Positions 37,001 through 43,713 of a DNA stretch of 64,000 nucleotides are shown here, in pieces. How positions within the stretch are numbered: the stretch's first letter is position 1; every line of letters begins with the position of its first letter. Under the pieces are notes generated by a model. It did no database searches, was not told where the DNA came from, and saw nothing but the letters and a program-made list of their open reading frames with translations. This DNA is from Nemertoderma westbladi (lineage: Eukaryota; Animalia; Xenacoelomorpha). The stretch covers positions 5,291 through 69,290 of the forward strand of contig JAUCBJ010007749.1 in assembly GCA_032718475.1 (NCBI GenBank), in the 5' to 3' direction. A program made the translations under genes and the position numbers.

Positions 37001-37408
37001 TGAGATGGAGTTTATCCCGCATAGTTTGAATGCGTCTAATACAAGGTCGTTAGCGAGTTTATTTAGGAGACTAGAACCAGACGCTTTGGGATGGGATGCA
37101 GCTATATCCTCTGATAGACTTATACCGTGTGTCAACCGGAAGTGACGTCTTTCGACGAGATCAGAGTATAAACGGCCCCCCCTCTCGCCGGCGGCGATTT
37201 TGCCAGGTAAGTTCTTGGTATCCATGGCAGACAGCTGATTTAGTAATAACTCAATGGTAACATCGTCCCAACCTTGGCTAGGGATTTTTCTGTGTTCTAG
37301 AAGGTTACGAATTAGGTTGTATTGCGATTGGAGTCCTTCCTGACATTGCTGGATGTTTGTTTTTGGGACAAGGCTTTCTAAAAAGGGAAACCCATTGGAA
37401 TCAGTCAT
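19088..37408 (-). CDS. SEPSECS-like: Giant intronless protein (6,106 aa from ATG 37408): degenerate SepSecS (O-phosphoseryl-tRNA(Sec) selenium transferase)-like domain fused to ~5,500 aa of acidic tandem repeats
   Basis: The N-terminus matches SepSecS throughout: GWDDVTIE, GERGGR, RRHFRLTHGI, PKASGSSLLNK, QKSC, STTSSFAP, MVPIGGAII, YPGRASA, TPHNGISIAMTL, IKRLKKCL. The frame is open to TAG at 19090-19088. The track's start at 37438 is TTG; the first ATG is 37408. Confidence 0.85.
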   Translation of the reverse strand: MTDSNGFPFLESLVPKTNIQQCQEGLQSQYNLIRNLLEHRKIPSQGWDDVTIELLLNQLSAMDTKNLPGKIAAGERGGRLYSDLVERRHFRLTHGISLSEDIAASHPKASGSSLLNKLANDLVLDAFKLCGINSISGCVIVPEATEMALTLCLLALKGKKPTAKYVILPRNEQKSCYKFITAAGMEPVVVENNFVGDELTSDILEIENKLLEINRSLVLCVLSTTSSFAPSVADQLELVGLICRRFSVFHLVNNDHGLLNNKLCQLVDEASHNGLIDLVVQSTHTNLMVPIGGAIIASPKEELISLVCGTYPGRASAAPIVDVFITLLSMGRDGYLGLLRSHKYVYSYFRGELTSLAAQLGEKVLETPHNGISIAMTLSNQIYQNETQPTTDNNNTRTTDHNGNQPTDHNDSQPTDDNGTQPTEQKATQKTYQSAAKLTACKASLLGSKASRLDSMLSHFNMFGIRIVESNTQAKFIGCHKFITFDSHDNIYQHFPYLLCTVAFGLTQNDAECIIKRLKKCLQTIKEGPDIVDDVDGDDDVNKPSDESSGLETGNIEHNESQDTQDIETDKESPDTETDNSQQVESPDIETDNIQHDESPDIETDNIQHDESPDIENDKESPDIETDNSQQVESPDIETDNIQHDESPDIENDKESPDIETDNSQQVESPDIETDNIQHDESPDIETDKESPDIEKDNSQQVESPDIDTDNIQHDESPDKDNDKESPVIETDNLQQVESPDIETDKESPDIENDKESPDIETDNIQHKESPVIETDNIQHDESPDKDNDKESPVIETDNIQHKESPVIETDNIQHEESPDIETDNIQHDESPDKDNDKESPVIETDNLQQVESPDIETDKESPDIENDKESPDIETDNIQHKESPVIETDNIQHDESPDKDNDKESPVIETDNIQHKESPVIETDNIQHEESPDIDTDNSQQVESPDIETDNIQHKESPVIETDNIQQVESPDIETDNIQHEESPVIETDNIQHKESPVIETDNIQQVKSPDIETDNIQHEESPVIETDNIQHKESPVIETDNIQHKESPVIETDNIQQVESPDIETDKESPDIETDKSQQVESPDIETDNIQHDESPDIETDKESPVIETDNIQQVESPVIETDNIQHKESPVIETDNIQHKESPVIETDNIQQVESPDIETDKESPDIETVNIEHEESPDIEMDIIQHEESPDIETDKESPDIETDEESPDIETDNSQQVESPDIETDNIQHEEFPVIETDNIQHVESPDIETDKESPDIETVNIEHEESPDIEMDIIQHEESPDIETDKESPDIETDEESPDIETDNSQQVESPDIETDNIQHEESPDIETDNVQHKESPDIETDNSQQVESPDIETDNIQHEEFPVIENDKESPDIETDNVQHKESPDIETDNSQQVESPDIETDNIQHEESPDIETDNIQHVESQVIETDNIQHEESPDIETDNIQHEESPDIETDNIQHEESPDIETDNIQHEESPVLETDNIQHEESPDIENDKESPDIETDNSQQVESPDIETDNSQQVKSPDIDTDNIQHDESPVLETDNIQHDESPDIETDNIQQEESPDIETDNIQQEESPVIENDMEYPVIETDNIQHKESPDIETDNIQHEESPVIETDNIQHVESPDIETDKESPDIETDNIQHDESPDIETDNIQHEESPDIENDMEYPVIETDNIQHEDSTDIETDKESPDIEKDNIQHKESPVIETDKESPDIETDKESPDIETDNSQQVESPDIETDKESPDIETDKEYPDTETDKESPDIETDKESPDIETDKESPDIETDNSQQVESPDIETDKESPDIETDKESPDTETDKESPDIETDKESPDIETDKESPDIETDNSQQVESPDIETDKESPDTETDKESPDIETDKESPDIETDKESPDIKTDRPNSQQVESPDIETDNIQHDESPDIENDKESPVIENDKESPDIETDKEYPDTEIDKESPDIETDKESPDIETDKESPDIEKDNSQQVESPDIETDKESPNIEKDNSQQVESPDIETDNIQHEESPDIENDKESPDIETDNVQHEESPDIETDNIQHDESPDKDNDKESPVIETDNSQQVESPDIETDKESPDIETDKESPDSEKDNSQQVESPDIETDKESPNIEKDNSQQVESPDIETDNIQHEESPDIENDKESPDIETDNIQHEESPDIENDKESPDIETDNSQQVESPDIDTDKESPDIETDKESPDIETDNSQQVESPDIETDNIQHDESPDKDNDKESPVIETDNLQQVESPDIETDKESPDIETDNSQQVESPDIETDNIQHDESPDKDNDKESPVIETDNLQQVESPDIDTDKESPDIETDKESPDIETDKEYPDIETDNSQQVESPDIDTDNIQHDESPDKDNDKESPVIETDNLQQVESPDIETDKESPDIEKDNSQQVESPDIDTDNIQHDESPDKDNDKESPVIETDNLQQVESPDIETDKESPDIEKDNSQQVESPDIDTDNIQHDESPDKDNDKESPVIETDNSQQVESPDIETDKESPDIETDKESPDSEKDNSQQVESPDIDTDNIQHDESPDKDNDKESPVIETDNSQQVESPDIETDKESPDIETDKESPDIETDKESPDIETDKESPDIETDNSQQVESPDIETDKESPDIETDKESPDTETDKESPDIETDKESPDIETDNSQQVESPDIENDKESPDIETDKESPVIETDKESPDIETDNIQHDESPDIENDKESPVIETDKEYPDTETDKESPDIENDKKSPDIETDKESPDIETDKESPDIETDNIQHDESPNIENDKESPVIETDKEYPDTETDKESPDIENDKKSPDIETDKESPDIETDRPNSQQVESPDIETDNIQHKEPPDIETDNIQHDESPDIETDKESPDIKTDKESPDIETDNIQHDESPEIENDKESPDIETDNIQHDESPDIETDNIQHDESPVIENDKESPVIETDKEYPDTETDKESPVIENDKESPDIETDKEYPDIETDKESPDIETDKESPVIENDKESPDIETDKESPDIETDKESPDIEKDNSQQVESPDIETDNIQHKESPVIETDNKQHEDSPVIETDNRQHEEFPDIETDNIQHKESPDIETDNIQHKESPVIETDNKQHEDSPVIETDNRQHEEFPDIETDNIQHKESPDIETDNIQHKESPVIETDNKQHEDSPVIETDNRQHEDSPGIETDNIQHKESPDIETDNREHEDSPGIETNNIQHEESQVIETDKGSPDIENDKESPVIETDNIQHEDSPVIETDNRQHEDSPGVETDNIQHEEFPDIETDNVEHEESPDIETDNIQHKESPDIETDNREHEDSPGIETNNIQHEESQVIETDKGSPNIENDKESPVIETDNIQHEEFPDIETDNIQHDESPDKDNDKETPVIETDNLQQVESLDIETDNIQHEESLDIETDNIQHKESPVIETDNRQHEDSPGVETDNIQHEEFPDIETDNVEHEESPDIETENIEHEESPDIETDNIQHVKSPVMETDKIQHKETPDIEMDKESPDIETDDSQQVESPDIEMDNIQHKESPDIETDNIQDVKSPVMETDKIQHKETPDIEMDKESPDIETDDSQQVESPDIEMDNIQHKESPDIEKDNIQHEESPDIETDNSQQVESPDIEMDNIQHKESPDIEKDNIQHEESPDIETDNSQQVESPDIEMDNIQHKESPDIEKDNIQHEESPDIETDNSQQVESPDIEMDNIQHKESPDIEMDNIQHKESPDIKTDNIQHVESPVMETDKIQHKESPDIEMEKESPDIETDNIQHVESPVIETDKIQHKESPDIEKDNIQHEESPDIETDNSQQVESPDIEMDNIQHKESPDIEMDNIQHKESPDIKTDNIQHVESPVMETDKIQHKESPEIEMDKESPDIETDNIQHVESPVMETDKIQHKESPDIEMDKESPDIETDNIQDVKSPVMETDKIQHKESPVIETDKIQHEEYPDIETDNIQHDESPDIETDNIQHGDSPGIEMDNKQHKESPDIETDKIQHVESPDIETDKIQQKESPDIETDNIQHEDSPGIETDKIQHKESPGIETDNIQHEDSPGIETDKIQQVESPDIETDKIQHVESPDIETDKIQHVESPDIETDKIQHKESPDIETDNIQHEDSPGIEMDNKQHKESPDIETDKIQHVESPDIETDKIQHNESPDIETDNIQHEDSPGIETDKIQHKESPGIETDNIQHEDSTDIEKDNSQQVESPDIETDNIHHEESPVIETDKGSQDIEKDKESPVIETDKIQHEESPDIDTDNSQQVESPDIDTDNIQHDESPVIETDNIQHEESPDIETDNIQHKESPDIETDNIQHDESPDIETDNIQHEESPDIETDNIQHEESPVIETDKIQHVESPDIETVNIEHEESPDIETDNIQHKESPVIETDYIQHDESPVIETDNILHEESPDIETDNIQHDESPDIETDNIQHDESPDIETDNIQHDESPVIETDNIQHEESPDIETDNIQHEESPGIETDNIQHDESPDIETDNIPHDESPEIENDKESPDIETDNLQHEESPDIGTDNRQHGESPVMETDKIQHKESPDIETDKIQHVESPDIDNDKESPVIETDNIQHDESPDIETDNIQHEESPDIEMDNIQHVESPDIETDNIQHVESPDMETDNIQHEESPVIENDKESPVIETDNIQHDESPDIETDNIQHEESLDIETDKESPDIEIDKKSSDIETDNIQHVESPDMETDNIQHEESPEIENDTESPVIETDNIQHDESPDIETDNIQHDESPDIETDNIQHEESPDIETDNIQHDESPDIETDKKSPDIETDKESPDIETDKESPDIETDKKSPDIETDNIQHDESPDIETDNIQHEKSPDIEMDNIQHVESPDIETDNIQHGESPNIETGKESQVIETDDLQDDESPDIETNNIQHEESPDIETDNIQHEESPNIETGKESQVIETDDIQDDESPDIETDNIQHEESPDIEMDNIQHEESPDIETDNIQHEESPNIETGKESQVIETDDIQDDESPDIETNNIQHEESPDIETANIQHEESPNIETGKESQIIETDDIQDDESPDIETDNIQHEESPDIEMDNIQHVESPVMETDKESPVIETDNIQHDESPDIETDNIQHEESPDIEMDNIQHEESPDIETDNIQHDESPDIETDNIQHEESPDIEMDNIQHVESPDKETDNIQHVESPDIETDNIQQVESPDIETDKIQHVESPDKETDNIQHVESPDIETDKIQHKESPDIETDNIQHVESPDIETDKIQHVESPDKETDNIQHVESPDIETDNIQQVESPDIETDKIQHVESPDKETDNIQHVESPDIETDKIQHKESPDIETDNIQHVESPDIETDNIQQVESPDIETDKIQHVESPDKETDNIQHVESPDIETDKIQHKESPDIETDNIQHVESPDIETDKIQHVESPDKETDNIQHVESPDIETDNIQQVESPDIETDKIQHVESPDKETDNIQHVESPDIETDKIQHKESPDIETDNIQHVESPDIETDKIQHVESPDKETDNIQHVESPDIETDKIQHKESPDIEMHKESPDIETDNSQQVESPDIEMDNRQHEESPVIETDKIQHKESPDIETDNIQHVESPVMETDKIQHKESPDIEMPKESPDIETDNSQQVESPDIEMDNIQHEESPDIETDNIQHKESPDVETVNIEREESPDIETDKESPDIETDKESPDIETDKESPVIETINMQHDESPDIETDNIQHDESPVRETDKIQHVESPDIETDKIQHKESPDIETVNIQHEESPVIETDKIQHVESSDIETDKIQHKESPDIETVNIEHEESPDIETDKESPVIETDNIQHDESPDIETDNIQHEESPVIETNKIQHVKSPDIETDNIQHVESPDKETDNIQHVESPVMETDNIQHVESPDIETDNIQHDESPDIETDKESPDIETDNSQQVESLDIETDNIQHKESPDIETDKESPDIETDKESPDIETDKESPVIETINIQHDESPDIETDNIQHDESPVRETDKIQHVESPNIETDKESHVIETDDIQDDESPDIEIDKIQHVESPDIEIDRIQHVESPDIEIDKIQHVESPDIEMDNCSSDNDPIPEETDSGWECVQVEGGVSSNNVVTSLNETDGSKSGKPRKFSIVSHVVSGLLGLFSRGK
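19285..35765 (-). repeat. Coding minisatellite of ~16.5 kb made of mixed 39-bp (ESPDIETDNIQHx) and 27-bp (ESPDIETDK) units, roughly 450-500 units
   Basis: The core gtctctatatctggagattc repeats throughout. Every length variant I saw is a multiple of 3 (27, 39, 45 bp). Confidence 0.95.
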
Positions 37409-37652
37409 AGTTATGATATAATTCAATTCTTTGATCAAATTTAAACTTCATAATTAGGATTTATCATCGTAAGTATAAGTTGATCCAATTCGCCATAAAA
37501 TATGCTTTCGAGGCATTTGCGATGAGACGTGGTAATTTGCATTATATTATTTTACTTTTTACATTAATCTATGAAACAGACAGCTCGATATCTGGATCTT
37601 TGGGGAACAGTATTATTACTAAATAAGAACTAAGGATTGGAACTAAGAACTA

Positions 37653-38390
37653 AGGGCCGGATTTAGAGTGGTGGGGTGGCCTGGGGCCGGGTCAGTGGTG
37701 GGGGGCCTGGGCTCAACTGTATACCTTTCAAAGAAACCTGAATGTAGATGTAAAAATTTGGAAATTTCTGGAAATTTCCTATACATTTTCCGGAAAATTC
37801 CTATTTTATTAATTATTTTATTTAGCTCATTCTGAAAACATATAGTAAAACACAAGTAGAGTAAACAAAACACTAGAGACAATGGATTTCTGCTTAGATG
37901 TGTTTAGGTGGTTCGTTGTCTTGTCTCTTGTGGTCGTAACTACGGATGAAATATACTTTTCCGGAAATTTCCGAAATTTCCTTGAAAAACATTTTTCAGG
38001 AAAACTCACATCCCTATATATTAGACGTGGAAATTATGAATTTGAAACATGTTCCTGTTTATATCCGTATAAAAATATCTGATCCAAAAATGCCCAATTG
38101 AAATTGAAAGTGAAAAAAATTTACTTTCATAAGCTACAAAAATATTTACTGTTTTTCACACTAACTTTTTGTTTTAATTTTTCATATGGCAAAATTCAAA
38201 ATTGCCATGTTCGGTTTCAGTTCGTTTCCAGTTCGGCTCCTCGGCTCCTCTATAGTTTGGTCGATCCCTATAGTTGTGGGATCGTTGTGGGGGGCCCCTG
38301 TGGTGGGGGGCCCCTGTGGTGGGGGGCCTGGGGCCTCGGCCACTTCGCCCTTCGCTCCCCCCCCCCCCCCCCCCCCCTAAATACGGCCCT
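37653..38390. mobile_element. hAT-like MITE with a probable second element nested inside, ~250 bp upstream of the SepSecS-like start
   Basis: TIRs are AGGGCCGGATTTAG (37653-37666) and CTAAATACGGCCCT (38377-38390), with G-rich subterminal ggggcccc motifs. Internal ttccggaaatttcc repeats lie at 37760-38015. Confidence 0.6.
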
Positions 38391-39186
38391 GACTAATTAT
38401 AATAGAAATTATATTAAATTATACTAATTATAAGAGAATCATGTGGCAATAAATTGATAATACACATATGTGAATATTAATAAGAGTGGAATATAACCTC
38501 TAGATCCACTTAACCATTATTAGAACTCTGGGAATTAATGTACTTAATAGAATTCACATTCGTAGTTATTAGTATTAGAAGAACACAACTACAGTATCGA
38601 TACATAAGATAAACGTGGGAGCAAATATTAGCATTTCGGAAACCACTTTTAGAGATTTGTTCACAAATTTAGTTAGTATTTTTATATAATTAAACGCAAT
38701 TCCGATCAGTGTGTTTCATGGAATTAGGAATATTTTACAATTTATTAATTACATAATTTTTATTCCTTAGCGTGAAATAAATATATACTTCTTCTAATAA
38801 TAATTCAGGAAAAATAATGATAGTAATAGTAATAATTATAATTTAATATTATCTTATGGATTCTTTGTTTAGAATTCTGTATCAAAATAGCCTATATCAA
38901 TAATATATTACTATAATAATATATCTTATTTATACATCACAGAAATCTGTTAATATATTATGTATATCAAGATATCAGATCGATGATACTTATTAATAAT
39001 ATAACAAACAAACAATAATTTGGAATAATTTGATTGCATTGGATTGCTAGACAAACAACAAACAGTTAGTGAAGCATACACATAGTTGCCGCCACTAATT
39101 GATCAATTGTACTGAAGTCACCAGCTGTTTACGAAATTAAATGTTATTAATAAATCCGGAATGTAACCCAGAAATTATTTATTATT

Positions 39187-39727
39187 TAACTATAGTGCTG
39201 CACCATTAACTATAGTGCTGCACCATTAACTATAGTGCTGCACCATTAACTATAGTGCTGCACCATTAACTATAGTGCCGCGCCATTAACTATAGTGCCG
39301 CGCCATTAACTATAGTGCTGCACCATTAACTATAGTGCTGCACCATTAACTATAGTGCTGCACCATTAACTATAGTGCTGCACCATTAACTATAGTGCTG
39401 CACCATTAACTATAGTGCTGCACCATTAACTATAGTGCTGCACCATTAACTATAGTGCTGCACCATTAACTATAGTGCAGCACCTTTAACTATAGTGCTG
39501 CACCATTAACTATAGTGCTGCACCATTAACTATAGTGCTGCACCATTAACTATAGTGCTGCACCATTAACTATAGTGCTGCACCATTAACTATAGTGCTG
39601 CACCATTAACTATAGTGCTGCACCATTAACTATAGTGCTGCACCATTAACTATAGTGCTGCACCATTAACTATAGTGCTGCACCATTAACTATAGTGCTG
39701 CACCATTAACTTTAGTGCTGCGCCATT
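39187..39727. repeat. 20-bp minisatellite (TAACTATAGTGCTGCACCAT), ~27 copies
   Basis: Near-perfect tandem copies that abut the broken end of a LINE fragment. Confidence 0.95.
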
Positions 39728-40690
39728 CGTCACAAAACTGAAACCCACCCCAGTAAGCACTACGTAACCCTAATAATAATCGATTCCTGATGCGACTTAA
39801 TAGAATCTCATTGTATGGCTTTGCAGCAATTAGATTAACGAGACTCCGCGAAAATGTCCATAGAATGTTAGGTTGCCCTTCAGGGGGAACACCATCTACT
39901 CCACTGGCACGATTGGTCTTAATGGTCAGCAAAGGAGATGTCGGCCATGGGTATCCCCGGGAGAACAGACTCCGATACTATTCTTTCTACAAAGTTATCA
40001 GGCAATAAATACTGTACGATGTCATAATTGAGGAGCTTTTCAAAGAGGGTCATCCAACCATTGAGGAGATCAGCTGGTGAATCTGCCAGTTCTTTGATGG
40101 TTGGATGGCTTTCCTGCCAGTCACCCAAGGCGACCTAAATACCCAAGTATAGAGGTCGCCTTGCAGTCACCAGACCAGATTGAATAATTTCCATGCCTGG
40201 AATAATTGCAATCTGTCTTCGGCCTCGTTGATGGCATCAACCTGTTTGTTTATTAGCTCATGTAGATTAACAGAGTACTGCCTGTTCAGGGACCTAGATG
40301 CAGCCTTAAACTACATTCTTGGCCGCTGTAGTCCGTTTGAGTCGGGACTCTTTCTGTGCCTTAGTGAGATTCTCTCCGGACTTCCGAATTTTGTGGTATG
40401 TCCACCCTGGACACCCTGGCCAAAAAAGGCACCCTGCCTTTTTTCTCTTTCGAGGGTTTGCAGGACCTGTTTCTGCAGCGGCTGTTGTTTCATACAAGGG
40501 CGGAAGGGCCTCATACAGTTGTCGTTGCTCAGCTCTAGTGTGAAGCTGGATCTCACACTCTGGGCTGTTGCAGTAGAGAGGACCAATCATGCCGTGGCAA
40601 GGTGATTTCTTAAACCCTGCTACTGTAGCATCCAGACTAAGTTTTACCTTAGCCAGAATAATACGATAATCACTGTGCAATCTTGTACTG
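39720..40690 (-). mobile_element. Decayed RTE-like LINE fragment (end of APE endonuclease to start of RT)
   Basis: The motifs SDYRIILAKVKLSL, AWKLFN, NRASGVDGVPPE and IAAKPYNEILLSRIR are spread over frameshifted ORFs. Confidence 0.7.
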
Positions 40691-41015
40691 CACAGTGATT
40701 ACACTTGGAAAGTTTAGAAGATTAGTAAAGTTTAGGGAAAAATCATGCATCCTGACGTCAGTTACGACAGATGATGTTTTTTTTTAGAAAATTTAAAATT
40801 TCTCGGGATCGCATCATTTTCCAGAGCTTAAATTTTGGTTAATTGTAGATAATCATGAACTCTATCTTTTACGAAATTGAAAAGTTAAGACAATTAATTG
40901 GGGAACCTCTAGAGACTCAGAAGTAATGACCTACCGGCTGAACGGTACGGTACCAGTACGAAGCACCAGTAAGTACGAAATTGCAGAATTACTACTTATC
41001 CTTCTTCTACATCGA

Positions 41016-41098
41016 GCAGTGTTTGCCGAATGGTTAAGAAGTTGGACTAGAAATCCAGTGAGATCACTCCGCGCAGGTTCGAATCCTAGCCGTGACCG
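41016..41098 (+). pseudogene. tRNA-Ser(AGA)-derived pseudogene
   Basis: It has an A box TTGCCGAATGG, an anticodon arm TTGGA-CTAGAAA-TCCAG (AGA at 41049-41051), a long variable arm and GCAGGTTCGAATCCT. The acceptor strands GCAGTGT and CGTGACC do not pair, the D stem is broken and the T stem has an extra A. Confidence 0.7.
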
Positions 41099-41413
41099 AA
41101 ATAAATAGATCAATCATTGATGAAATTTTGGTGCGTATGCAGTCCGTCAAAAGTTTGGAATGAATCTAAAATCTCGTCAAAAATGAGACAGCCTGTCAGT
41201 CGGTACCGGTAGTTTCAGACTTGTTATAAAAACCGAAATAATTCGGTCAATCACAGATGAAATTAAACCAAACTTGGTACGTATGCAGTCTCGTGCTGCA
41301 CGAAGGCCCCACGATCGGGTACTGCACATCTCTCACAATATCGTCACCCTTCTATTTAATTAAAGTTTATTTGTTTTAAATCTTCTTACTACAATTTAAA
41401 ACGTTAGTAATGG

Positions 41414-41690
41414 CCCATGTGAAGAATACCAGACTTTCTGCTGTTATATTTCACTTTGCAGTTTACCCCATGTGAAGAATACCAAGTTTTCACTCAAACC
41501 ACATGTTTCAGAAGGGCTGATTCTAACCAAAACAATAAACGAATAAGTATCTATACAGGTTATATTGTAAGACAGAAATAAGCGCTATAAAAGATTTAAA
41601 GGAGAGATTTGGAAAAATACAAATTATTAATATGTAAAATTCCAGTAGAATTTTGACCGAAAAGTTAAAACCTGGTATTCTTCACATGGG
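41414..41690. mobile_element. MITE with CCCATGTGAAGAATACCA TIRs (left TIR duplicated)
   Basis: 41467-41490 versus 41667-41690 is a 23/24 inverted match, and there is an extra left TIR at 41414-41432. Confidence 0.7.
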
Positions 41691-42432
41691 TGGTAATTAT
41701 TATAATATTAATAAAATGTGAGAGAAGCAGTCTGAAATATAGTAGTTTGCAAGCGATAACGCAATATCGTTGAATATACGAGAGGCATGCAATATACGAT
41801 CACAAACTACAGGAGCTGTACTAATGATATATCAGAAATCAATAGTCGAGATTTATATTGGTTTGGGTATGAGCGCCAGATGCCTAATATGTATTTTACT
41901 GTCTCATTACCAGTATACGTAGATACGAAAACTGCAATCGTATTAAGTATATATTATTGGTGTAAACGCTACAGTCGGCAGCCGACAAACGTCTGCCGAC
42001 AACTGTAATTATAAACAAAAACGAAATGAACTGTAATCTGTGCCCTTGTCTCTCCTTTATTGTTTTGGTTAGAATTACCAGCCTTTGTAACGTATTCCTT
42101 TGCCTGCCAATTCACAGGAAGTAGAAGAAGTCGTGTTACTGCAACAAAACGAAATTATTGTTCAGTATAGCAATATTAGAAACCCTAACACATTATTATG
42201 AATTATACTGGTGTTGGGTAAAACAGCTGTTGCTGCAATTACAATTAGTTAATTTCTGTAGATTTTGCGGTGCATGTGTAATTATTCAATATAATGTGAT
42301 TTTTTCAAAACTTTACATACCAGGCGGGGTAAATGCGTATAGTTGTAAAATATTAACTTATTTATTAATAATAATAATTATTATTTATTAATTATTATTA
42401 TTATATTATTATTTATTAATTATTATTATTAT

Positions 42433-43713
42433 GGGACAAGGGACGAGGATCTGGCGCCAATCCGCCAGGAGCTGTTGCGGCGCTTCATCCCGGCCCTCTT
42501 TGGGACTTCCCCCAGATCTGTGGATGAGGAGCTCATCCTCCTTCCTGTCCGCCATGGTGGGATCGGGATCCGGGACCCCCTGATGCGGAGGGGTCACGCG
42601 AGGGAGGCGTCGCTATCTGGGACTGCTGGGGTGGTCGAGGCACTGATGACTGGTTGTCCCCTTAACGTCGCTGACCACTCTGCCTGCCTCGCCTCCGCGT
42701 TGGCTGCGAGTCGCGTCGCCCAGGACGCCGCCTATAAGGCAGCGATGGAGTCCGCCATCCAATCCGTCCCGGCCGAAAGGCGCCGTACTGTGGACCGTAC
42801 GGTGTCCCACAAGACGGGTGGGTGGCTGTCGGCGCAGCCCTCCGTGGTCGATAACACCGACCTGGCCCCGGAGGTGTTCCGCGACAACCTCGCGCTGAGG
42901 TACGGCCTCACGCCGCCCGGCCTCCCGGCGAAGTGTGAGGGGTGTGGGGAGCCGTTTACGACAACCCACACCCTGAACTGCAAGTCGGGTGGCCTGATTA
43001 TAAAGCGGCACGATGAGGTCCGGGAGGTATTCGGGGACCTTATCGCCTCTGCCTTTGGTGGGTCGTGTGTGCAGCGTGAAGTCACGCTGTGCACCGGCTA
43101 CCTGGACAGAAGGGGCCGCGAGGTGGGAGGAGTTAGGGCTGATCTCCTGGCGAGGGGAGTCTGGACCGAGCAGAGGGTGGCGTCTTTCGATATTGCGATC
43201 GTAAACGCCGACGCCCCCTCATACGCTCACCGGTCCTTGGACTCTGTCCTCGAGCAGAGAGTCCGAGCCAAGAAGGTGCACTATAGCGCGGTGTGCGAGG
43301 ATAGAAGGTTCTCCTTCACCCCCCTTGTCGGAACCACCGATGGGGTGTGGTGCAAGGAGACTGATACCTTCATCAGCCACCCCGCTGAGACCCTTGTGGC
43401 TCGGCGGCAGGGGATGCGGGATCGTGGCCTTGCTTGCGTTCTAGGGGGAGTTCGGAGGCGGCTTCAGTTCGCGCTCCTCCGCTCCAACTCCCTCTGTTTG
43501 CGTGGTGGCCGGCGTCCCTGGAGGGCGCTGGGCTTTGGGGATGGTGCGGGTCTGCGGGGGAATGACCTCGCAGACCATTATTAATTCACGGTGCACCATT
43601 TTTAATTGTATGTTAAACCTTATTGTCTTAATTGTATTGTTCTGATTGGTGGTGGGATGCTGGTGCAGTTTTATATTTAGTTTTATAGCAATTTTATTTT
43701 TAATGATATTAAC
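42433..43713 (+). mobile_element. 5'-truncated CRE-like non-LTR retrotransposon (zinc knuckle plus restriction-like endonuclease region)
   Basis: The GC-rich frame is open from 42433 to TAA 43584 and contains LPVRHGGIGI, GGWLSA, FRDNLALRYG, CEGCG..H.LNC..GG....RHDEVR, RADL, FDIAIVN, KKVHY and FTPLV. It is flanked by (ATT)n tracts. Confidence 0.85.

Noticed and set aside
37409-37438. ORF-track start MIKELNYIIT
   Set aside because: The codon at 37438 is TTG. The first ATG at 37408 matches the SepSecS family start.
37401-37451. 16-codon upstream ORF overlapping the SepSecS-like ATG
   Set aside because: Such short ORFs are common in AT-rich DNA and the transcription start is unknown.
41016-41098. 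Possible tRNA-Sec next to SepSecS
   Set aside because: The anticodon is AGA, not TCA, and the arm geometry is tRNA-Ser-like with a broken acceptor stem.
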